The position numbers and the translations under genes were made by a program. DNA of 64,000 bases, from the NCBI GenBank assembly GCA_964199315.1, contig OZ116700.1, positions 32,984,001-33,048,000 on the forward strand. The letters run 5' to 3'. A model generated the notes under the pieces. The model was given only the letters and a program-made list of their open reading frames with translations. It searched no databases and had not been told where the DNA came from. Each line of letters starts with the position of its first letter. The first letter of the stretch is position 1. Below, piece by piece: positions 29,901 to 41,900 of the stretch. This DNA is from Orbicella franksi. Its lineage: Eukaryota.

Positions 29901-32900
29901 GGTCTGTAGATGTGCGGGAAAGCAGGGAATCTGGACATCGCTTTGGTTTTTTGAAATACTAGGATACTTGAAACATTTTCACATGCACAAACAAAACAGA
30001 TTGTATATTAAGCGATTTTGGTCAATAAAGCAAGCCTTATACATTTGTACGAAAATCATTTTGATTTGACATTGTAGCACCAACCTTCGGCTTCATCGAA
30101 CACTTCTTTTGACTTTTCCATTGCCTTTTGCAGAGACGCACCACTTGATTTCATTTTGCCTCCGTCAATGGCCAGCTTAAGCCTGTCCACATCATCGAAG
30201 ATGGAATTAAATTTAAAGTACACGTACGGTTCTTGGCCGAATGTAAGGAGACTGTACTTGATCTTTCTGATGCCATATTTTCCAATGATTTTGTAAATAA
30301 CCTCTTTCGAATAGCGTAAGTTGTCCTCGGATTCAGTAGCCGTGGTGCTGATGGCCAACAACAGGTCCATTTCAGGTATCGAGATCCTCTCTGCGAACAC
30401 AAAAAAAATGAAGAAAATTTGTTGTTAAAAGCAATGGTAAGGGCTGTATTACGAGACGGGCGTGTAACGCCGGTTTCCGTTTCATGGAGCGATTAGGAGT
30501 ATTGCTACTACTCCCTCCAAAAAAAGTCTATAGGAAGTTTACTCTCAGTTTTTTTTATCAGGTTGCCATGACAACTTGTCGCGATCGAAACGTTGACACT
30601 CCTCGGTAGAGAAAGGCACTGTGTCTTACTAGGGGAACAGTGCTATGATTCCTGTCAGCGCGAAATATGACCTCACAACATGCACTACTCATAGGTGAGA
30701 TATATAGGCAGTGAAGAGTGAAGAGAGTTTCAACAAACCTTTAAAAACAACATCCATCAGTTTGTTCTTGATGTCAGTGGTATCATCTGTTGTTTTCGCC
30801 GTCACTAGGCTACTCTCGCCATCTGTAAGCAATTTAAGTTGTCTCTCATCCGCCTCGTTACCAAGCGCGACAGGAATTACTATGACGTCATTGTCTTGCA
30901 GTGGTTTTACTTCATTTCTTATTTCACTGTCTGAGCTTGAAGATCTTTTGTCAGAAATAACCACAAGGACTTTCTTGGCATTCGGCCTTCCTTCCTTCAA
31001 AAGTATGTCCCATGATGCTTTCACAACCTTAAAATAGAAATAAGAACAGTACGGAGAGTTGGCGAACACGTCACAATCTTGATAATGAGACTTGCACCTC
31101 TCCTTATATAACAAGAAGCAATCATACTGAAAACAAAACGGAACATGCAGACTGACATGCAGACTCATAATCAAGTAATTCCAAATAAATTTGATTGTTC
31201 CAATTAATTAATATGAGACGTCGATTTTCGCTTCGCACCTCCGAAACGCTCCAAAAGACCGTTACGACTACTTCAAGTTGTTAAGACTTGAAAAAGCGCT
31301 ATTTGGGTCAAATGTGCATACCTGAGCAATAGCTCACACGAAATGTCGATTTTCGCTTCACACCTCAGAATCCGTCAAAAACACCGTTACGACTACTACA
31401 AGTTCTGAAGAGTTGTAAAAGCGCTATTTGCCTCAAAAGTGCATACCTGTGCAAAATCTCACATGAAATGTCGATTTTCGCTTCATACCTCAGAATCGCT
31501 CAGAAACACCGTTAATTTAGAACTCTTAGTTTCATTTCATATGTGATTGGCTGTCGCCGTCCAAGTTTTATTTGTCACAGATGTTGTGTGGTACGTTCTG
31601 CATGACTTACGCAGCCTTACCTTTGCCAAATCAGCACTACCAGTGTCCCGATCAAAAGAATTTAAAGTTGCCATCAGTTGGTCATCAGTTTCATAGTAAT
31701 CACCCAAGCGTACAGCTACCTGAGGCTCTTTTCCAAAAAGCACAACGCCATAATGGATGCGTTCACGGCCATATTCGTTCAGAATTGACTCGATAACATC
31801 CTTGGTCTTCTTGAAGTCCTGTTCCCCAAGTGTTGCAGTGGAACTGACTGCTAGAATCATGTCTACCTTCTCAACTGGCGGGTTATCTAATAAGAAAGAT
31901 ATCTTACGTCAATAACTTAGGTCCAGTTCAGACGTCGTGCTTCTACTTAATTTTAAAAAGACTCGATTGTAGCACAGCAGGAACCCGACTCCGACTCAGA
32001 CCGCGTGCAAGAATCGCACCAAATTGAAGATTTACTGAAGCCACGTAATTATTCTCCTCTTAACTACCAGAGAAAACGCAATCCCACCAAAATGCATTAA
32101 TATATTTTATGAATTTTGTTCGACGCGGCACAAGCACGACGTTTGAATCGCTGCGGTGTCAGAGTCGTGTAGCATGACAAAGCTTGCCGAACTTAATTCA
32201 AACGTTTGATTCAGGCGCCGTACTTCTGGCGTCCTTTTGCCCAACTTAATTCCTGAATTTAGTTCGGCACGGCAGAAGCACGACGTCTGAACTGGGCCTT
32301 ACCATGTCAAAGGGCCAGGCTTCTCCCACCACCACCAAAATCTGATTCTGAATTTGATCTTTGTACGTGAAGGCACGCTATTCATTCGAAATTGTAATGG
32401 TCTCAGTTGTAAACTCAAGGGTCTTGTGTATGACTTCACAAATATGTGAATTTAATCTAGTACGGTAAGAACTACTGCTCAAAAAACTCTAGTCAAATAA
32501 CTAGTATGAATTCGTTGCAACTGTGTGAGTTAGCCTAACCGAGAAAAAAACAGGCGAATACTTTGTAAGCAAGAGAGAATAACTACCAAATGAGAATCTT
32601 TCAGTTTTATTATCACTCATTTGAGAGTTCGCCTTCGTAGCGTACCTTCGTCTTTCATCCGAAATGGTGATCGAAAGGTACTTTCTCTTAATAAATATTA
32701 ACCCAGTGTCAAGTACACAGTTTATGAGAATAGAAAAAAAAAACCAACTGCCACTGGGGATATTGTTTTGATGTACTGCCACATTCTCGGAACTAACCTC
32801 ACAAGGTATGCCTGATAATCTGTAAAGAAAACTGAAAGCACATCACCTTTTATAACAACGCTCATGATCTTCCTTCCCAAAGATTTAGGATCTTCATCTT

Positions 32901-35900
32901 TTGGAGATGTTACCAAGTTCTTCCGGTTTGTAGTGACTTTCTCCAACTCGTTAGAATTCGCATCTGAACCAATAGCTACTGGTATAACCTTTAAAGAACA
33001 CATATCATAATTGAGTGACGGAATCGTTCTATCTAAGCTCCATCCATAATTAGACTTTTAATAGATTTTATTAAGCCGTTAAAGCGGAATAATGACTGCA
33101 CAATAATGGTTCATATCAGCAAAAGAATATTGACTTTTATTAATTAAGATCATTTCATTCGCTTAGCCATCATGGTATGTGAGCATGCTCTACAAATATG
33201 GTAAGCATACGCGTGTTTTTTGGAGGCGTTTGTATTTTATTTTATTTTATTGCATTATAATTAATCGAAGCCTATATCCGTGTGTATGCGCAAAACATGG
33301 TAAATCACCTTAATGCCTTCCTTCTCTAGAACCTCTGCTTCTTCCTGGACCTCATCAGGACCGCTGCTGGACTTTGAATCCATGACAACAATCAAGAACT
33401 TCTTAGCCTCAGGTCTGTCTGTCGCCTTATCAAAGACGTCTTTAGCTTTCTCCAAGGACTCTTTAAGATCTGGTACACCAAAGGCAGGAATAATACGGTC
33501 GACACGTTCTCTGAGTTCATCTACCGTTCTGCCATTTTGGAAATTGACGTCTTCGTACGAAGATGAGCCAAATGTGATCACAGAATATCGGATTCTTTCG
33601 GCACCGTAATATGTCATGATGAAGTCAAGGGAATCTTTGATTTTCTTGAAAGTCTGCTCTTTGCCAGCAGCGTTGGAACTGATGGCAAAGGCCAGGTCAG
33701 CCAAAGGAACAGCTGGTAAATAAAACATAACTGGGTAAGCAAGAATGCAATGCATACATATTAACTGTCTAAGTTTGAATCATTTTCTTTTCATCTCCAG
33801 AGCCCAGTCACGTTATTTTGAGTTATTTTGGTCACGTTAAAAATTGTCTTTCAATTGAAGCAAGTCTGAAAATAAAAGTCAACTGAGAAAGAAAAACACC
33901 AAAGAGATAATACTGAACCGTAAAGGAGCAAGGGTGGGTAGGGATTGAGAGGGTTAAAACAGATTACCAACGACGAACTTGAAAACTTTAGGCTAAACTT
34001 TTCGAGATGTGCAAACCATGATGCAGCTTCTTTGACGATAATACATGTTATGCTCGTACAAATTCATTCATTCATTTCCAGGACTAGTACTGTTCTTCCT
34101 AAATAGATTGTTTCCACCGTGATAAACCCTTTCATTTCTTCTACTTTGGTCCTGAAGCAGCCACACTACCATTATGAAAACAAAATACAGGTAGTACCTT
34201 CGCGAAGTGCTGCCTTTCTTACTGGGATTTTGGCTAAATATTCAAAAATAAGGAAATATATTAGTTCAACGACACGTTCAGTGTGTTGCTGTGACATACC
34301 TTTTCTCATTTTGTCCATGATTTCCATGGCAATCTTTTTTGTCTTGTTAGTCACGTATGCTGGTATCACATTATCCACATGCGGTGTTATAGACTTGAGT
34401 TCGTCCTCATCAGACTCTCGACCAAACGCGATAGGAATCACTTCAATATCATCATCCCACAGTGACATGGCCGTGTTCTTGACATCTTTCCCGTCACTTG
34501 TAGATTTCTTGTCCGCGATCACCACCAGCACCCTCTTAGCACCCTCCCGCTGATATTCATCAAACAACTCAGACGCTTTCTTAAGCGCGCTGTCCAAATT
34601 GGCACCATCAGTTGCCCTCTTCTTGAGGTCAATGAAAGCTTTCAGCTGACCATCGGTATCAAAGGTTCTAGAGAACCGTAGCTCGACAGAGGGCTTGTCT
34701 CCAAACACAATGAGGCTGTAGTGGATCCTTTCCTTGCCATATTCATCAACCATGGTCTTGATGATGTCCTTCATCTTTTGGAACTTGCCATTGGCATTAG
34801 ATGACAGTGCGCTGATAGCAAAGATCAAGTTTACCATGGGAACAGCTGGAAGATCTGGAAAATGTCAAAAACGATATTTTTTCTTTAAAGAATTCGTATA
34901 AGCTAATCGTGATGTTATAACGTCGTATCTAACTAACTTAACTTGAAAATATCCTCGCGGCAATATGAAAACGTATTTTTTTTATCACACAGAAACAGCC
35001 CTTACGTGTTTAACACAGTTCAGTTAATTTGATTCCAATTAAAACTGCAAATGAACTCTAAATTGTTCTTTATCAGCGAGGTAAACTCTGATATGCCTAT
35101 CTATATTAAACAGAACAAATGCATGGCGGAAAAATTATCAGTTACCCCGAGCAGGATTCGAACCTTCGACACCCTGATATCATGGAATGTGCTCTAACCA
35201 CTGAGCTACCGAGGCAACCACAGTGGAGTGACACGAATATTAGCTACAAAGGAAACATCGATTTACCAGGAATTTCTGACTTAATTGTTTTCTTCATTTT
35301 GTTTCATTGTTTTTTACAATTTGTTTAGACAAGCACAAATTATGAAAGCAAGTTAGACACTCACTCGTCAATGCCTTTCTCATTATTTCCTCTCCAAGTG
35401 TCTCTGGATCCTCATCCTTTCCAACAATGATCATAAATTTCTTATTAGTTGTTGTCTTCTCCAGCTCTGGCAGGCTGGCCGCAGGACCAACTGCGACTGG
35501 TACTACGACGATATTAACATCCTCCAGTGGTTTAGAGGCTTGTTTCACCTCGCTAGAGTCACTAATGGACTTCTTGTCCATTATGACTACAAGTACTTTC
35601 TTGGCTCCGGGTCGAGACGGAGCTTGTTTGAACATTATCTTTGCTTCCTCAAGAGCTCTCTGCAAGTCGGGTTCACCGGACGGTTGACTTGCTCTCTCTA
35701 AAGCTTTTCGCAATACTTCAGGATCAGGCAAATCTAGGGTGAAGTTTACTTCTCTGTTCACAGTGGTGCCAAATGTGAGCAAAGCATAGTGGATTTTGCT
35801 CGTTTCGTAGCGCTGCGTGATGGAACTTATTGCTTCTTTCATCAGCTTAAATGTTTCATCGGCGTCCTGTGCCGAGGCACTGATGACGAAGCCAAGGTCT

Positions 35901-38900
35901 AATAGTGGAACTGCTGCTGTCTCTGAAAGAACATAAACAATAAACAGGGTAATGGAGCCACAATTCTGGTTTTATGTCGACGGCACACTGCCTTCGTGGC
36001 CTTACTGGCCTCACGCTTCTTTCTCCACTGTTTCCGAAATTCCCTTTTCATATTCCCTTTTTCAATTAACATCACCGAGTGATAGAAAACAGTTACGTTC
36101 AGCATTGTACTAAAAGTACTGGACTATTTGGTGTTAATTGACAGCAAACAAACTACAAGTTAACAATGATCGATCGGCGTAAGTTATGTTGTATTGTTCC
36201 TGCCAGGAAACGAACTATAAATTACAGCCATTACATCACACTGATAATATTCTCACCATTCAACGCCCTGTCCATGATATCCTTAGCAATGTCCTCTGCA
36301 GTTTTATCGTCTGAAGGTGTCAGCACATCCTCGTCTACTGCTGTCGTCTTGTCCAGCTCCACCTTATCCGCTTTATCGAGGCCAACTGGAATCACTCGAA
36401 TGCCAAGCTCTTTAACAAGACTCGCCGCATCTTCAATATCGTCATCATTACTATCTAACTTATTATCAATAATCACCACTAAGATCTTTTTAGCACTGGG
36501 ACGTCCACCGTTCTCCTCTTTGAACATGGCTGGGGATTCTTCAAGGGCTTTTGCCAAATCAGAACCTCCCTTTATGGTGGGGATACTGTCCACGAATGCC
36601 ATGAATTGGGAATTGCTGTCAAACTCTTCGTTGAACTTCACAATGATATTCAGTTTTCGTATCAACGTGCCCACACTATAGTGCATTTTATTTATTCCGT
36701 ACTTCTTGATTACATTCTTGATGATTTCCTTGGTCTTCTTCAAGTTGTTCCTGTAGTTGGTAGCAGTAGAGCTGATGACAAAGGCTAAATCCAGTTCTGG
36801 AAGTTTTTGTTTGTCTGCGGATGAAAAATCAATGTTGGAGAAACGTCAGTGAACCACAAGAAGCACAATAACGTTTGGTGAATTACAAATTGCTTTCAGT
36901 GTTGCACATTTAACCTACAAGGAGTTTTGTGTCCTCCTTCTTCTGGGTTCCGCGATCAGGAAAAAGTATGATTTACGTAAATATCCCAAAAGCGATATTT
37001 TAAATTTCCTTTAGTTTTCGTCACTCCTATTTCCATCTCTTTGGGAAAAGTGTTTCCCAATTTCCCTGTATTTTAGCCACTTCCTAATGGACTAGAGTTT
37101 TATGAAGACATCAATGATCATCGCAATTATACACACAACTTGTGTATATAACTGCGATGATCAATCACGTCTTCATATCTTTCTCCGTAGTTCAAATCTA
37201 TGATCTTTCATATATTCACTTCCGACAAGACATTTGTATTCTGAATACCATTTAAGACCGAAGCAACCTGGAAACGACTGCGTGTTAACACGTTTAATGC
37301 CAAAATTACTTTCAGTGTCCTCTTCTCTATCACAGTCTTCCTACTCTAATCAATAAGTAGGTCACTTTCACCATGTGACTACAGTTCAAATAACTTTTCC
37401 AGTTACCTTTGAGACCGATCTCCAGAATAATCTCTGCCACCTCATATGGATTATCATCTTTGTCAATCTCCAAAATGTCATCTAACCATGGGGTGATCTT
37501 CTGCAGTTCGTTTGAGTCAGCTTCGTTTCCAAGAGCCACTGGTATAACCCTGATATCCTGCTCCTCCAGATCCAGTCCTTCACTTGTAAGATCCATCAGC
37601 TTACTGGTGGATCTCTTGTCTGTGATCACAACCAATATCTTCCTGGCGTTTTGACGTCCGCCTGAAGAAAACTCCTGTAAAGAATAATACGAGAGTTCAG
37701 TGAGGAGGAACAAATCTAAAGGAGTCTCGATAAACAACAAAAAAAATAATTTGACGTTGATGAATGCGGTGCACACTGAGAATTCTACTGCAAGAAACTC
37801 AGCTATTGGGGCAACAAGGTCCTTCGTTTAGCAAGTACACATAATGGTTTAACACAAAAACGTTCCAAGCAACATCCGCACCTATGGGAAGACAGTACAA
37901 GTAATGAAGAAGTAATGTCTGAAAATGTTTTTTTTTATGACGGTTGTTGTGGCGCAAGTAAAAGTACTATGGTTGAAACTATCAATAAATACAGTTAAGC
38001 TTTATTTGGTCCATGGCGAACGTATTTACCTCTTTTGCTAGTTGCAGGGCTTTGGTCAATGAGGCACCGCGACCTTTTCTCATTTTACTGATGTAATCCA
38101 TAAGAGCTTCATCCGAGTCAAAGTTGGTTGTGAAACGAACCAAGCGTGATGGTTCATCGCCATACACTATGACTGCATACATGATGTCTCCTCTGCCGTA
38201 CTTGTCAATCATGGCGTTAATAATGTCTTTCATCTGCCGGAAGTTTGCTAATTCATTCAACCGCGCGTTGGCACTGATTGCAAAAATCATGTCAACTTCA
38301 GGAACTTCCACAATGTCTGAAAGAGAGGGAAAAGAACATCGTGTTTCACATTTTTTTCCTTAAGATTTTCTAACATTTTATAGTCTGTAGAGAGACAGTT
38401 ACAAATATCTTTTGGAAAAAATGACAAGCTGCCTCGCTACATTTATTGATCTTCCTGAATAGCCTGACAAAGTATGAATACTTACCGCGTCCACATCCAA
38501 AACTCAAAATTAGTATTGTTGTATTTTAGGGGATAGCGTTTACCATTAGCCCTCGTTTGAATGGCCAAGCACCACGATTTTATGTACAAATTTCACTCTT
38601 TCGAGACTGTCTGTTCTAGATTACAAGCTTGGTGGAGAGCCAAGTTTTACTGCATTCCAGGTGTTTAGAAAGACATAACCAACAGGAACGTGCAAATTTC
38701 TACGTACATTACAAACGTTAGAGTCTAGTTCGACATAATTATTACTTGATTCTCATACCAGATATTACTTTAGCCATAATCTTCTCTGCAAGCTTTTCAG
38801 GATCTGCCGTTTTCTTTGCTTTCACCAAATATCCCTCAGCTGAAGTAATGTTCTTCAGTTCATTCACATCAGCATCGGGACCGATTCCAACTGGCACAAT

Positions 38901-41900
38901 CTTGATCTCATCTTCCTTCAATGGTTTAAGTGCCTCCTGGATTTCCTCCTCTTCGTTAATCGATTTCTTGTCCATGATTACCACCAGCACTTTCTTCGCA
39001 TTCGGACGAGGTGAAGCTCGATCAAATAATCTCTTAGCTACTGCCAAAGCTTTCTGAAGATCGGGGCCTCCAGATGGCCGAGAGAAGGAGTTAAGATATG
39101 TTCGTATCTAGAAAAGACAAAAGAGTAAAGCTGAGCGAATTACTTTGGACAAGCAAGTGAAAACCGCTGTTACAGTTAAAGTAATTTGTCATAGTCGGTA
39201 TTTTGCCGACACGGAACAGAGAACTGGGTGCAAGCGTAGTACGGGAGCACTCATGCTTAGTACGTTTGTAAAAAGGGACGGTTGAGAAACTTGCGGCATA
39301 CTACGGTCAGCCTTGCCACTCGCAACTTCAGATAAGGTTTATTTATTTTTATTTACTATTTTTTTTTTTGGTCTAGTGTTATGGGAATAGCGTTCTCTTA
39401 TTAATCTTTCGTTATATAATAACCTTTAAACCCTAAAGGTAGCGTCACTGCATTTAGTCGGGGGTACTCGGTCCCTATTTTTTTCTAGAGGTTTTTGAGG
39501 TTTGCGTGTCCGGCTTTCGCACGTAGCGTGTTATTTGATGTATCTTTCATCCACTTTGCTGTAACCTTATTGATGTTGAAATTAAAACATATCTTGGGCC
39601 TGGCTGACCAACGCGTCCATGCCTCATAACCTCTGATTGTGTTCGGTTGTGTAATGAAGGCAAAATGTCAGACATTTTAGCAGTATAAATTAGCTTACCA
39701 TGTCATCATCTGGAAGAGACAAAGCAAAGCTAATAGGAGTAATGGGCTGACTTCCAAACGCCAGTAAAGCATAACGAAGTTTGTCGGTTTTGTAAGTCTG
39801 CATGATCTCTTTCAGAGTGTCTTTTATTCGCTGGAAAGTTGCCTCAACACCGGCAGCAGCAGAACTGATAGCAAATGCCAAATCGATCTCGTCCAGTGTG
39901 GCGGTCTCTGCGACGAAAGAACAAGTTAACAAGTTAGTTATAATACAAATACTTCGGTTGTCATTGGAATATAACATTTTGGCATTCTTCTAGAGCCAAT
40001 ATAATATTCTATGGGAGATAATCCAAAGAAAGTCAGAGTAAGAGTAAGGTCTCGTTTGACCGTGGAAAAATTGAATATTACATTTAGTTCTTTTTTCAAG
40101 AGGGCACGGTAACGAATCCTGCAATGTGACTGGTTCTCAGCGCAGTATGAATTTTCCCACCTCTGCCCACGGTAAAGCTTTCGTGAGTTTTATAACGATG
40201 ATTTTAGGGAGAGAAAGAATAATATATAAGTTATTAACCAGCTTAGTGTCGGTCCGTATAGTGAAAAACTGTGACCTTGGACTTGAAAATGCTGCCCCAG
40301 GCCGCAGGCCTCGGGCAGCATTTTCAAGACCTCGGTAACAGTTTTTCACTTATGGACCTCCCACCCGGCAAATAACAAATATGGGATTCTGCGACCATAT
40401 CTATGATCGAGCTACAGTTCACGAACACCTCGATTATACCTAGTAAAAAATGAGTTGATATTTCTTTATTCGCTTCTAGAATAATTGATTTTTAACTTTG
40501 AGTACCTACTATGAAAAATAAGGAAAGACGCAAACAAAGCAAAAGATGCAAACGGCCCACGTCGTAGAAATTTAAAATGTAAAAATCACCGGAAATTATT
40601 GATTAGTGTTTGTGGAAAACTCGGCCAGAGAAATCACAGGATCATCGCGATGTCATCGAATTCTAAGAGCTTCCTTTTCAAAATGTTTTCCGTCCACACT
40701 AAAACACCAAGCAGGCGTTTTCAAATTCCTCCGCTTTTAAGATCGTTTTCGAAAAGCTCCGTTTTCGTCGGGGATTAGTGTGGACGGGGCCTTAAGCACC
40801 ACTGCTATGTCTACACATCAATTATAAGGTCGTTCCTTCCTAAGTTGGTGAGCAAAATGTAAAATATTAAATGAAGAAACTAGAAGTATCGAGTTGAAAA
40901 CTTACTGTTGAGCACGCGTTCCATTATTTTTTCTACAACTTTGGTGGGTGACGTTGTATCAGTGGTATTGATGACATCATCCTTGACGTCAGTGATGTGA
41001 CGCAGCTCTCCATCTCCTTCATCGCCAAGTGCGACACCAATCACTCTGATGTCACTCTCGTCAAGCCTCTGCGCGGATTTCTCGACATTTTCCGCCAGGC
41101 TCTCTGATTTCTTGTCTGTTATCACCACCAAAACTTTCATAGCGTCTGGTCTGGCGCCATTAGAGGCCTTGAAAAGCTCTTTCGCTCCGTACAAGGCTTT
41201 GTCCAGTGATGCCCGTGCTGTATTCTGTGGAATGCTATCAACATTTCCCTTTAGGATGTCATCGGGATTAGCTGAGTCGCTGAAGCGGACATGGATGGTC
41301 GGGCTTGATCCAAAGGTCGTAACACTATAAGCAATCCTATGAGATCCATATTTATCAATGAACGTTTTGATGACTTCTTGCATTTTCTGGAAGTGTTCCT
41401 TGGCATTTGCTGCAGTCGCACTGATGGCAAATCCCATGTCAACCTTTGGGACAACTGGCTTACCTTAAACAAAACAGTAACATATCACTAGTTGAATCTC
41501 GGAGATGGTAGTGCAGTGTTCTCCTAAAGTATGAAACCAAAATATTAAGCAGTCTTATAGCTCTTTTAGAACGAAATGCTATCGTCCAAAAAGCTTCGTT
41601 TGTGTAGGACTATACGCAGTGTTTGCACTGCGCATTATATGCCTTTTTATAAGATAACGGAGCTTATCTGGAAAGTTCCAACTTGGTCCCACCGTTTTAA
41701 ACACGACTTCTAATTAGTGTACACTAATAAAATGGTTCATTTTAATCCAAAACACAGAATTTATTACCCAACCCAAACCCTAGAATACACACAATCTCTT
41801 GTTTTGACCAATTTTCAATATTGCAATGAGGGAAAAGGACTCTCGCGGTTTATAGGTGATCATGTTGTCGCTATTTTCATCTACGTTTGAAGTTCGTTGT

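Noticed and set aside
31215-31514. Regularly spaced repeats as a CRISPR-like array
   Set aside because: The whole 125-bp unit repeats with no unique spacers; eukaryotic intron, no cas genes
35144-35215. Functional tRNA gene
   Set aside because: Anticodon stem does not pair and the T stem has a mismatch
40126-40349. Two opposing 70-aa ORFs
   Set aside because: Artefact of the palindromic repeat at 40085-40378
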